A stretch of DNA of 64,000 nucleotides from Desulfococcaceae bacterium HSG9 (GTDB lineage: Bacteria; Desulfobacterota; Desulfobacteria; Desulfobacterales; JAUCGF01), in NCBI GenBank assembly GCA_030378005.1, contig JAUCGF010000072.1:10542-74541 (forward strand), given 5' to 3'. Both the position numbers and the translations under genes were made by a program. The first letter of the stretch is position 1; every line of letters starts with the position of its first letter. This document shows positions 19,501 to 28,072 of the stretch, piece after piece. Below the pieces are notes generated by a model. The model was not told where the DNA came from, searched no databases, and saw only the letters and a program-made list of their open reading frames with translations.

Positions 19501-20337
19501 ATTTGGGATGCAATCAATGGCAAGATACAGCGAAAACTGAATGGACATACGCATTATATTTATTCAGTCGCTTTCAGCCCGGACGGTAAAACTGTTTTAA
19601 CTGGAAGCCGTGATAAAACAGCAATCCTGTGGAATGCGGCTGACGGCCAAAAATTGCATACCCTCAAGGGGCACACCGGTGCGGTCTATGCGGTCGCTTA
19701 TTCGCCTGATGGCGGTCATTTATATACTGGAAGTTGGGATAAAAGCGTGCGTGTATGGGATGCTCAGACTGGTAAGCACCTCAAAACCATGAAAGGTCAC
19801 ACGGGGGGTGTGCTGGCTATCGGGCTTTCTCCGGACGGACGCCATATCGTTACCGGCGCTGGCATTGATGGAAGAAAAACTGACAAGGAAGCCGCAAGCA
19901 AAAAACAAACCGTGATCGTATGGGATGCGCAAAGTGGTAAACAATTAAAAGCCCTTCCGGGACACGATGATTCTGTATATGATGTGTCGTATTCACCGGA
20001 TGGAACAAAGATCGTTTCCGCCAGTTGGGATGGTTCGGCAAAAATATGGAATGCCGTCAATGGCAAAGTGCTTAAAACACTCAGAGGACATTCCCAAAGT
20101 ATCCAGACCGCCGTCTTTTCACCTGACAGCCGGCGTCTGGCAACCGGAAGCAGAGATCACACTACCAAAATATGGGATATCAAGACCGGGCGTGAACTGT
20201 TGACGCTCAAAGATCACTCGGCGCAGGTGACAGATGTTGTTTTTTCACCTGATGGCCGTAAATTGGCATCCGCCAGCCGGGATAATACGGTCGTTATCTG
20301 GAACACATACACTCAAAAAACGGCGAAGGACAAATAA
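16555..20337 (+). CDS. Transmembrane Ser/Thr protein kinase with N-terminal Zn-ribbon, TPR-like region, single TM helix, coiled coil and C-terminal multi-blade WD40 beta-propeller.
   Basis: CLSCGAKYKIKN...CQKCGEK zinc ribbon. Kinase motifs HRDLKPLNIML, DWGLA, GTPAFMAPE. TM segment LLSFGVSGLAILIIIILGVAFFWI. At least 12 WD repeats (GH...WD pattern, e.g. GHTDTITTAVFSPDG...VKIW). Confidence 0.85.
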   Translation: MSKRKDIFFGKLAVKAGYITEKQLNEVFHVQKALAQKGQMANIGAIAAAKGLLTRAQVLKIRLHQKKIDESRIYMMCLSCGAKYKIKNYRPERKIACQKCGEKLRLHSPETQNKTADTPSSVPTSVPTVDKSETNPTDTIDKVRNILAGMEYNAVASGEETPEQPPVVERDVEKASDRSDDIHEEETSNAEGEGTADLAKQAGSVEDTQDLLAAMDDEDSSLNVTIKIDRSDVAKQKKAEMNIRPLNVILDDTKDASLDDFSIMHSIGKGGMAEVFAARQASVDRLIALKMIKTDKTVDDESRYKFISEAVVTGDLDHPNIVPVHDLGLSQDNVLFYSMKHVKGVEWESVLPEKSLADNLDILLSVCDAMAFAHDKGIVHRDLKPLNIMLGDYGEVLVMDWGLAISFDEKGKAERLSSKMGMAGTPAFMAPEMAKCDSRRIDTRSDIYLLGGILYKVVTGLRPHESDSVVKCVHEAMQNNIQPTEKKGELIDIALKAMATVLEDRYQTVKEFQDAIREYQAHAESIALADSALKDIKNAETHSDYDRFANGLYRCREALEMWPENETAQKGLARGTLSYAQCAFEKDDFDLAASLLTLENDEHRDLAERVEKARRKREDRKKRLKLLSFGVSGLAILIIIILGVAFFWIKGEKERAVVAEQEARTAQKQESVQRQKAEQQRQKAEQENYFNIVTIAIQKIGDSLISQAKELLLTPSSKLRAWEWGRLMHLCNLERATLKGHTDTITTAVFSPDGILVATGSGDDTVKIWVRANGELRTTLTGHSSAIKAIMFSDDSKHLNSVDTNGVTKNWDIKTGLETNLDIKLPDTMRSVAFSPDGTLKLMTRLDRENSATISEISTGKELMNLKGHTGKVIAVTFAPDGKSVATGSADKTAKIWNVETGRAIMTLTGHTHTVSTVSFSPDGEEIITGSNDKTARVWGTKSGTDVKLQDVDSVYVSSIAFSPNSRQIISGSRSVSTPVAIIWDAINGKIQRKLNGHTHYIYSVAFSPDGKTVLTGSRDKTAILWNAADGQKLHTLKGHTGAVYAVAYSPDGGHLYTGSWDKSVRVWDAQTGKHLKTMKGHTGGVLAIGLSPDGRHIVTGAGIDGRKTDKEAASKKQTVIVWDAQSGKQLKALPGHDDSVYDVSYSPDGTKIVSASWDGSAKIWNAVNGKVLKTLRGHSQSIQTAVFSPDSRRLATGSRDHTTKIWDIKTGRELLTLKDHSAQVTDVVFSPDGRKLASASRDNTVVIWNTYTQKTAKDK

Positions 20338-21131
20338 TGAAAATTGTCGCAATTATTCCTTCACGTTACGAATCCAGCCGGTTTCAAGGCAAACCTTTGG
20401 CGCTGATTGCCGGCAAACCTATGGTTGAACATGTATATACAAGGGCATGTCAAGCGAAACTGATTGAAGATGTTATGGTGGCCACGGATGACAAGCGGAT
20501 TTTTAACGCAGTGGCACAGTTCGGCGGCAAAGCGATTATAACGTCTGCCGCTAATCGCTCCGGAACTGACCGTCTGGCCGAAGCGGCTGAAAAAATGAAT
20601 CTCGCGGCGGATGATCTGATTGTCAATATTCAGGGCGATCAACCTCTGCTGAATCCTCGCAGCATTGATGAAATGGTACAGCCACACCTGTATCCACTTG
20701 AAAAGCAGACTTTGCAGGATTCACCCCCCGCTGTTCAAATGAGTACGTTAGCATTCAAAATTGTCAATAAACAAGAGATCACCAATCCCAAAGATGTAAA
20801 GGTGGTTTTTGACAGCCGCGGCTTTGCTTTATACTTTTCACGCTCACCGGTGCCATGCGCACGGGATGCATCTGAGCATTTCGCAACTTACAAACACCTG
20901 GGATTTTATGCCTACAAACGTAGTTTCCTGGATACATTCCGCCAGTTGCCCACGGGGCATCTTGAAAATATTGAAAAATTAGAACAACTACGGGCTTTGG
21001 AATATGGCCATTCTATTCAAGTGATCATTACGCCTCATGATTCCCCCGAAGTCGATTTACCCGAAGATATTGCACGTATCGAAAAGCTGCTTGTTGATTC
21101 GGAATTCGGAACCCGGAACTCGGAATGCTGA
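20337..21131 (+). CDS. kdsB: 3-deoxy-manno-octulosonate cytidylyltransferase (CMP-Kdo synthetase).
   Basis: MKIVAIIPSRYESSRFQGKPL N-terminus and the overall KdsB fold signature. 264 aa. Confidence 0.85.
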   Translation: MKIVAIIPSRYESSRFQGKPLALIAGKPMVEHVYTRACQAKLIEDVMVATDDKRIFNAVAQFGGKAIITSAANRSGTDRLAEAAEKMNLAADDLIVNIQGDQPLLNPRSIDEMVQPHLYPLEKQTLQDSPPAVQMSTLAFKIVNKQEITNPKDVKVVFDSRGFALYFSRSPVPCARDASEHFATYKHLGFYAYKRSFLDTFRQLPTGHLENIEKLEQLRALEYGHSIQVIITPHDSPEVDLPEDIARIEKLLVDSEFGTRNSEC

Positions 21132-21180
21132 ATTCGGAGTTTGGAGTTCCGAGTTCCGAGTTCTTATTGCTTTTGATCGG
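21100..21180. repeat. Cluster of GAATTCGGAA-type palindromic short repeats at the kdsB/plsY junction. Similar clusters lie at 21715-21800, 22545-22580 and 24096-24180.
   Basis: ggaattcggaacccggaactcggaatgctgaattcggagtttggagttccgagttccgagttc. The TTCCGAATTCGGAA core is palindromic. Confidence 0.7.
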
Positions 21181-21742
21181 CACCTATCTGTTTGCTTCAC
21201 TGAACAGTGCCATTGTGCTATTCAAACTAAGCGGCAAGTCTGATCCGCGCGCTCAATTCAGCCAAAACGCCGGCACCACCAATGTATATCGCCAGGCGGG
21301 TCTGTTTTGGGCGTTTCTCGTCTTGTTGACAGATGTCAGCAAAGCTGTCATAATAGCGGTTTGCGCTGACTGGTTGCTGCCGCGGCAGCATATCCCCTGG
21401 ATAGGGTTGGCGATGATCTGCGGCAATCGCTTTCCCTGCTGGCATCATTTTCAGGGTGGCAAAGGAGTGGCGCACTATATCGGTTTTACCTCTGTGGCCG
21501 CACCGGAAGTGACAATCGCAGCATTATTGGCCTGGATACTGGTTTATTGCGTCTGGTGTATCCCTTTTGTCGCCTCTATTATTATGGTATGCGTTCTTGC
21601 GGTCGGCGCAGCCACATCACAACCATGGAACGGGATAGCTGGGTTCGCAACGATAATCACGGCTTTGTTGATTTGTTACAATCATAAACGCAATATTATG
21701 GAACTGGGAATTGAGAGTGTTGAATTCGGAATACGGAAATAA
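21125..21742 (+). CDS. plsY: Glycerol-3-phosphate acyltransferase PlsY. The true start is probably downstream of 21125.
   Basis: SQNAGTTNVYRQAG matches the PlsY SGN.GATNV.R motif. Five TM helices. About 200 aa. Confidence 0.7.
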   Translation: MLNSEFGVPSSEFLLLLIGTYLFASLNSAIVLFKLSGKSDPRAQFSQNAGTTNVYRQAGLFWAFLVLLTDVSKAVIIAVCADWLLPRQHIPWIGLAMICGNRFPCWHHFQGGKGVAHYIGFTSVAAPEVTIAALLAWILVYCVWCIPFVASIIMVCVLAVGAATSQPWNGIAGFATIITALLICYNHKRNIMELGIESVEFGIRK

Positions 21743-22577
21743 TCGTAGTGGTATTCTGAATCCTGAATTCAATATTCCAAATTCCGAACTCCGTATTTCA
21801 ATTATAACAGCGACCTTTAATTCCGCTCATACAATTAAATCTTGCTTGACAAGTTTGAAAAAACAGACCTATAAATTCGAGCATATTATTATTGACGGCG
21901 GGTCAGCCGATGGAACAATTGAAATTCTTAATCAAGAGAGCCAAAAGGATGCTCTGATTATTTCCGAGCCGGATCGGGGGCTTTACGATGCCTTAAATAA
22001 AGGTATTCAATCAGCCTCCGGAGATGTTATCGGCTTTCTCCATGCTGACGATGTTTTCGCAGATTGCGATGTTTTGGCTGATGTCGCGGCTATGTTTGAG
22101 CTATCTTTGAAAAACGGATCCATGGCTTCCTGTTACGGTGATCTGGTGTATGTTCGCGCAGATTATACAAAACAGGTTGTGCGCTACTGGAAATCATCAG
22201 AATTTGACAAACGCCGCTTTTATTACGGATGGATGCCTCCGCATCCAACCTTTTTTGTGCGAAAATCGGTGTATCAGAAATACGGCTGTTTTAACCTTGA
22301 ACTGGGCACGTCCGCTGATTATGAACTGATGCTGCGTTTTTTATTGAAACATGGTATTACCTGCGGCTATATTCCGCGTATTTTGGTTAAAATGCGCACT
22401 GGCGGGGTTAGCAACGCATCTGTTAAAAACCGTCTTCTGGCCAATTACAACGATCGACGCGCTTGGCGTATAAACGGCCTCAAACCGTTTCCATGGACAT
22501 TGTACCTGAAACCGCTATCTAAAATCGTACAGTATATACGACAGCCTGAAAATGCTGAATTCAAAATTCGGAAATAA
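21711..22577 (+). CDS. Family 2 glycosyltransferase. The longest ORF begins at TTG 21711; the real start is probably nearer 21780.
   Basis: ISIITATFNSAHTIKSCLTSLKKQTYKFEHIIIDGGSADGT, the GT2 N-terminal signature. A DAD-like LHADD motif. Confidence 0.75.
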   Translation: MRVLNSEYGNNRSGILNPEFNIPNSELRISIITATFNSAHTIKSCLTSLKKQTYKFEHIIIDGGSADGTIEILNQESQKDALIISEPDRGLYDALNKGIQSASGDVIGFLHADDVFADCDVLADVAAMFELSLKNGSMASCYGDLVYVRADYTKQVVRYWKSSEFDKRRFYYGWMPPHPTFFVRKSVYQKYGCFNLELGTSADYELMLRFLLKHGITCGYIPRILVKMRTGGVSNASVKNRLLANYNDRRAWRINGLKPFPWTLYLKPLSKIVQYIRQPENAEFKIRK

Positions 22578-22607
22578 TAGTAGCGACATTCCGATAGGAA
22601 ATTATTT

Positions 22608-24113
22608 ATGACCACCGTTCTTGTAGTCTTTGCAGTTGCCTTGGCATTATCTCTGATGATTACGCCGCTGGCCGGTAAACTGGGAATGCGCTATGGAGCC
22701 GTGGATACGCCAGATGAACGTAAAGTTCACACACGCTTAATCCCTCGCACCGGCGGTTTGGCCATTTTCATCACCTTTTTTGTGACGTTGTTAATTAACG
22801 GAGAGTTGCAAACTCTTGTTTCTGTTCAGATTGAAATTGATCAACACTTTTTTTATTTTTTTGGCGGCGCGTTTATTATTTTTGGAATCGGATTGGCCGA
22901 TGATTTTCGACGGCTGCATCCTGGGATTAAGTTTGTTTTTCAAATCATTGCTGCCAGTTTTGCTTATATGGGCAACCTCGGATTTGATATGTTCTCCTTG
23001 AACATCCAGTCCGCTGTCTTCAGCTATATTGCAACCGTGGCATGGTTTGTTCTGTTTATCAATGCGGTTAATTTAATTGACGGATTAGACGGTCTTGCCG
23101 GAGGCATCGTTTTTTTTGTATCAGTTGTGATCGTTATGCTTTCCATTTTAAGAGACAACTATGTTTGCGCCCTTTTATTTGCCGTATTGGCTGGCAGCGT
23201 ACTGGGCTTTTTGCGCTATAATTTTAACCCGGCATCTGTTTTTATGGGCGATGGCGGCAGTTATTTTTTAGGGTACATCATTGCGGGTTCTGCCATTATC
23301 GGCAATGCTAAAAATCAGGTGGGAGCCGCTATGTTGATTCCGTTATTGGCGTTGGGCGTACCGCTTTTTGACACCCTGTTGGCCCCTTTAAGGCGTTTTT
23401 TAAAAGGCCGCCAACTGTTCCAACCGGACAACGATCATATTCATCATAAACTTTTGAATATGGGAATCTCAGATAAAAATGTGGTATGGTTGCTTTATAC
23501 CCTTACATTTTGTTTATGCCTGTTCGCAATTGTCATGGTTAATTATCAGGATGAACGCTCCGGTTTATTTTTGATCGTTTTGGGTGCCGGTGCAATTATT
23601 TTTGTGCGCAAACTCGGATATTTTGAATATTTCGGTTCTGATAAAATCTATGGATGGTTTAAAGATTTAACGGATGACACCGGTATTACGTATGAACGGC
23701 GCAGTTTTTTAAACCTGCAAATGGAAATCAGCCAATCCGATGATATTCAATCGCTATGGCTCAATATGATTAAAGCCCTGGAACGTTTGAAATTCGACCG
23801 GGCTGAACTTAACCTTAAAGCCGGTATTTTCGACCCAAAAACCGGGAGACGTTCAGATGAAAACCGATTTTTATGGACCCGAAACGGCTTTTATAATGGT
23901 AAGAACATTTTTAATAAAAGCGATATGAAACTGGAACTGCCGCTGCTGACAGACGCCCCATCTGAACTGAAAACTGATAGTTACGGCATCTTAGTGTTAG
24001 TTAAAGACTTAAAACGGGACCCAATCACCCACTACACCTTGAGACGTGTGGAGCATTTGCGCCGAACCATTATGAGTACTTTAAAGCGGTTGGATTATCG
24101 TAATTCGGAATGA
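22608..24113 (+). CDS. GT4 / MraY-WecA family polyprenyl-phosphate N-acetylhexosamine-1-phosphate transferase with a C-terminal extension of about 160 aa.
   Basis: NAVNLIDGLDGLAGG plus MGDGGSYFLG motifs. 10-11 TM helices. A non-homologous soluble C-terminal tail (residues about 340-501). Confidence 0.8.
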   Translation: MTTVLVVFAVALALSLMITPLAGKLGMRYGAVDTPDERKVHTRLIPRTGGLAIFITFFVTLLINGELQTLVSVQIEIDQHFFYFFGGAFIIFGIGLADDFRRLHPGIKFVFQIIAASFAYMGNLGFDMFSLNIQSAVFSYIATVAWFVLFINAVNLIDGLDGLAGGIVFFVSVVIVMLSILRDNYVCALLFAVLAGSVLGFLRYNFNPASVFMGDGGSYFLGYIIAGSAIIGNAKNQVGAAMLIPLLALGVPLFDTLLAPLRRFLKGRQLFQPDNDHIHHKLLNMGISDKNVVWLLYTLTFCLCLFAIVMVNYQDERSGLFLIVLGAGAIIFVRKLGYFEYFGSDKIYGWFKDLTDDTGITYERRSFLNLQMEISQSDDIQSLWLNMIKALERLKFDRAELNLKAGIFDPKTGRRSDENRFLWTRNGFYNGKNIFNKSDMKLELPLLTDAPSELKTDSYGILVLVKDLKRDPITHYTLRRVEHLRRTIMSTLKRLDYRNSE

Positions 24114-24123
24114 TGAATGCGAA

Positions 24124-24924
24124 ATGTCACCAATAGTATTTCCGTTTCCTTCATTCCTAATTCAAAATTCCGCGTTCCAAATTTTAATGATGAACCTATT
24201 ACTTACATTAACTTTGTGGCTCTATTTTACACTGGGCTTTTTATGCTTTTTCGCCCCCTTTTATTTGGCGGCCGCCCTATTTTCTCCAAATCATGAAATT
24301 GCGTTTCAAAAATTGAATTGTCGCTTTTACCGTATTTTTATCCGGATTATACGTTTGTTCATACCTAAACTGAATTTGAAGATTGATAAAAGTGCGTTGG
24401 CTATTCGTTCATCTGTAATCTTATGCAACCATCTGTCTTTTCTTGATCCGATTATTTTAATCTCAATGTTCACCAAACATAAAACGATTGCAAAAAGCAT
24501 CTTTTTTAAAATTCCTATTTTTGGTCAGATGCTTAAAGCTGCCGGTTATATTCCTTCTGCGGCTTTAGGAAAATTACATACGCTGATGATTCAACAAATT
24601 GAAGACCTACCGGCCTATCTGCAAACCGGAGGGAATTTTTTTGTATTCCCCGAAGGTACCCGCAGCCGTAATCGTGAATTGGGTCAATTCAATCCGGGCG
24701 CGTTTAAAATTGCCCGACTGTGTCGGACACCTGTTAAGGTTTTGTTTATTCGCCATACGGATACACTTTTTAAACCAGGAAAGTTTTTATTTAATACGCA
24801 TCCTCAAACGATCACGGTCAGCTTAATCGGATCACTCAACCCCGATTATGATAGTGCTGATTTTACCATATCCGCCTTAATAACCCAAACACGCAATTTG
24901 ATGCAACGGGAAATGCAACGATGA
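24124..24924 (+). CDS. Lysophospholipid (1-acyl-sn-glycerol-3-phosphate-type) acyltransferase.
   Basis: NHLSFLD (HX4D) and FPEGTRS motifs. N-terminal TM helices. Confidence 0.75.
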   Translation: MSPIVFPFPSFLIQNSAFQILMMNLLLTLTLWLYFTLGFLCFFAPFYLAAALFSPNHEIAFQKLNCRFYRIFIRIIRLFIPKLNLKIDKSALAIRSSVILCNHLSFLDPIILISMFTKHKTIAKSIFFKIPIFGQMLKAAGYIPSAALGKLHTLMIQQIEDLPAYLQTGGNFFVFPEGTRSRNRELGQFNPGAFKIARLCRTPVKVLFIRHTDTLFKPGKFLFNTHPQTITVSLIGSLNPDYDSADFTISALITQTRNLMQREMQR

Positions 24925-26411
24925 AACTTGTTCTGATATCCATGCCGGACACGGCTCCGATCGTTATTCATGAAACTGCTGTTCATATCCCCAACCTTGG
25001 GATTGCCACGATTGGTGCGCATCTTGATAGATGTCATGATGTTTTTATTATCGACCTGGTGCGCAAACGGAATAAGGTGCGTCGCTATTTGACAAAAATC
25101 CTGCCCAAATTGAAACCCGATCTGATCGGATTGTCCGCTATGGCTTGGCAATACGATACCTGTGTGAAAATCGCCAAGCTGATTAAAACCTTATTACCCC
25201 ACGTCAAAATCGTTATTGGCGGGTATCATGCCACATTAATGGCCTCCGAAATTGCGCGCACTTCGGATGCTGCATTGTTTGATTTCATGGTTCGTGGGGA
25301 AGGCGAAGAAGCCTGCCGCCGTTTAATGAACGCATTGCAAGGTTCCGATCAAGTTGAAGATATTCCTTCGCTTTCCTACAAAAAAAACGGTCGATTTATC
25401 CACAACCCTCGTGGGAAATTATGTGACCTCTCCGATCTGAAGCTGCCTATACGCGATAAACGCCGCTTAACATGTGGGTATCACCTGATGAATAAAAAGA
25501 TGGAGGTGATTGAGACATCCCGTGGATGCACCCGCGGATGCAATTTCTGTAGTATCCGCCGGATGTATGGCCGTAGTTTCCGCACCTTTCCCATTGAGCG
25601 TGTTTTGGCCGATCTGGATAATATCTATTACCAAAAAAAAGCATATAATGTGTTTGTGACAGATGATAATATGGTGTTAAACCCTAAAAGAGTGATCGCC
25701 CTGTGTGATGCGATTATTCAACGAAACTATCAAAAACTGGTAATGGTGGTGCAGGCGGATTGCGTTTCTATGGCGCAAAACGAATCCATGGTTCAAAAAA
25801 TGGCTCAAGCCGGATTTAAAATCGTTTTTCTGGGAATCGAGAACATATCGAAAAAAAATCTGACTGCTGCCAATAAAGGTAATATTGTCGAAGCTTCCAA
25901 AACGGCGATTAAACATTGCCATAAATATGGCATGATGATTATCGGCGGGTTGGTTTTAGGATTCCCGGATGATGATGAAGAGACCATCAAACAAAATTAT
26001 GAATTCTTTAATGAACAGGATATTGATGCCGCGATCTGTCAAATTCTTACACCTTATCCTAAAACCGGTATCAGGGAAAACCTTTTAAAAGCGGGCTTGG
26101 TGTCAAATTTTGATGATTTCAGACGTTACACCGGTTTATGGGCCAATGTGCGCACCAAACATCTGAGTACTGAACAGTTGCAGTATCTGGTGTGGTTTTA
26201 CCGACAGACAGTGTTAGGATGGTGGAATCCATCGAAACTGGTGCAAAGGGATGGTAAATTATGGACAGGAATATGGCGCTACGCAATGAAACCGGTGTTA
26301 CAATATTTCCACACCCGTCAAATCCGCAAACATGGCTGGAAAAGTTTATATGCTATGGAAATACAACGATTGGCAGAGATCAACGTTTTTAAAGATTTAG
26401 AAGAATTTTAA
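24921..26411 (+). CDS. B12-binding-domain radical SAM protein.
   Basis: N-terminal B12-binding-like Rossmann segment. CTRGCNFCS radical SAM CxxxCxxC motif. Overlaps the upstream gene by 4 nt. Confidence 0.75.
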   Translation: MKLVLISMPDTAPIVIHETAVHIPNLGIATIGAHLDRCHDVFIIDLVRKRNKVRRYLTKILPKLKPDLIGLSAMAWQYDTCVKIAKLIKTLLPHVKIVIGGYHATLMASEIARTSDAALFDFMVRGEGEEACRRLMNALQGSDQVEDIPSLSYKKNGRFIHNPRGKLCDLSDLKLPIRDKRRLTCGYHLMNKKMEVIETSRGCTRGCNFCSIRRMYGRSFRTFPIERVLADLDNIYYQKKAYNVFVTDDNMVLNPKRVIALCDAIIQRNYQKLVMVVQADCVSMAQNESMVQKMAQAGFKIVFLGIENISKKNLTAANKGNIVEASKTAIKHCHKYGMMIIGGLVLGFPDDDEETIKQNYEFFNEQDIDAAICQILTPYPKTGIRENLLKAGLVSNFDDFRRYTGLWANVRTKHLSTEQLQYLVWFYRQTVLGWWNPSKLVQRDGKLWTGIWRYAMKPVLQYFHTRQIRKHGWKSLYAMEIQRLAEINVFKDLEEF

Positions 26412-26426
26412 TGAAGGAGAAGCATA

Positions 26427-26864
26427 ATGACTTCCGATTGTTTTCAAGTTTATCCTATCGGCTTTATTAAAAAACAGGATAGCCAAACAATTATCACTAT
26501 CCGCACCGCTTACAAGGATGCCCTACTGGGGCTTGATCAATTCTCACATATTATAGTTTGTTACTGGTTTCATCAAAACGATACACCTGAAAAAAGAAAC
26601 ACAGTGCAGGTTTATCCGCGCAGAGATAAATCCAATCCTTTAAGCGGTGTTTTTGCCACCCGCGCCCCTTTAAGACCCAATCTGATTGCATGCTCAACAT
26701 GCAAGTTGCTTGCGATTGATAAACTGAAAATAACTGTCAACGAGATTGACGCTTTCGACAAAACTCCGGTGATAGACATCAAACCCTTTATCCCATCGCG
26801 TCGATCTTTAGTTGACGTCAAAGTGCCTGAATGGGTGCAATCTAAGGCAAGTCGAAAAAAATAA
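26427..26864 (+). CDS. TsaA/TrmO (YaeB)-like tRNA methyltransferase N-domain protein.
   Basis: FQVYPIGFIKKQDS...FSHIIVCYWFH...RAPLRPNLI matches UPF0066/TrmO. Confidence 0.55.
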   Translation: MTSDCFQVYPIGFIKKQDSQTIITIRTAYKDALLGLDQFSHIIVCYWFHQNDTPEKRNTVQVYPRRDKSNPLSGVFATRAPLRPNLIACSTCKLLAIDKLKITVNEIDAFDKTPVIDIKPFIPSRRSLVDVKVPEWVQSKASRKK

Positions 26865-27057
26865 TATACCTAAGGAACAAGGTCACAATAATCACCCCAT
26901 TTGTGATTTCTGAAACATGAAACGTATGTTTGGGGAATTTATTTCATCCTCATTCCTGATAGTATTCCAGTTGTTATTCGTAATGAAAGGTGTTACGAAT
27001 AAATTTAATTTATAACTGACGTGATCATTAAAAATTATTGTTTATAAGGAGGGCAAA

Positions 27058-28050
27058 ATGCGTAAAATCTGGGTCAAAGCGGATCCGTGGGATAAAGACC
27101 TGGTGGTTGCCGCAATTGAGGGCGGTGCCGATGGTATTATGGTGAATAGGGGATGCTCCGCCAAAGTCAAGGAATTGGGCATTATTAAAACAATTGCCGA
27201 AGATGGTGATTTAATACTCGGTGAAGATGTGATTTATTTCAATATTCAGAGCAGTGAAGATGAAGATAAGATTATCAGGTTAAGCCAAAATCGCATGGTA
27301 ATCCTGCAAAGCGATGATTGGACGATCATTCCGCTGGAAAATCTTGTCGCTCAGGGAGTTGACGTGATTGCTCCGGTCACATCACTCCAGGAAGCACGCA
27401 CGGCTTTTGGCATTCTTGAAAAAGGCGTGCGCCAAATTTTATTCCACACTACAAATATTCGTGAACTGAAACATGCCTTGACTCAGTTGCGTCTTAATGA
27501 TGATTACATTGATCTGAAAGTTGCGGAGGTTACCGATATTATTTCTGTGGGCATGGGCGACCGGGTTTGCGTGGACACATGTACAACCATGTTACCGGGA
27601 CAAGGTATGTTAGCGGGCAACACCAGCAATGCATTGTTTCTGGTTCACTCGGAATGTTTATCCAATCCGTATGTGGCGCCCCGGCCATTCAGAGTCAATG
27701 CCGGCGCTGTCCATGGTTATACACGCACTCCGGGTGGCAAAACGTGTTATTTATCAGAATGTGGCTCCGGCGACCAAGTGCTTCTGACTGATTTTCAGGG
27801 TAATTCGATTATATCAGTGGTCGGACGTGTTAAGATCGAAAAACGTCCGCTTTTAATGGTCAAAGCAATAGTGGATGAAAAAAACATCAATACGATTCTC
27901 CAAAACGCCGAGACAGTCCGATTAGTCACCCCGGAAGGAGGCGCGACTTCGGTGGTCAATCTCAAGGCCGGTGACAGAATATTAGTTGCCGCCGAAGATG
28001 GTGGCCGGCACTTCGGTCATAAAATTGATGAAACTATCATTGAGAAATAG
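27058..28050 (+). CDS. 3-dehydroquinate synthase II (archaeal-type, aminodeoxy-heptulosonate-dependent AroB').
   Basis: DDWTIIPLENLVA, ALFLVHSECLSNPYVAPRPFRVNAGAVHGY, GRVKIEKRPLLMV and ILQNAETVRLV match the PF01959 DHQS-II family closely. Confidence 0.85.
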   Translation: MRKIWVKADPWDKDLVVAAIEGGADGIMVNRGCSAKVKELGIIKTIAEDGDLILGEDVIYFNIQSSEDEDKIIRLSQNRMVILQSDDWTIIPLENLVAQGVDVIAPVTSLQEARTAFGILEKGVRQILFHTTNIRELKHALTQLRLNDDYIDLKVAEVTDIISVGMGDRVCVDTCTTMLPGQGMLAGNTSNALFLVHSECLSNPYVAPRPFRVNAGAVHGYTRTPGGKTCYLSECGSGDQVLLTDFQGNSIISVVGRVKIEKRPLLMVKAIVDEKNINTILQNAETVRLVTPEGGATSVVNLKAGDRILVAAEDGGRHFGHKIDETIIEK

Positions 28051-28072
28051 GCGTGGTGATGCGTCATGCTGA

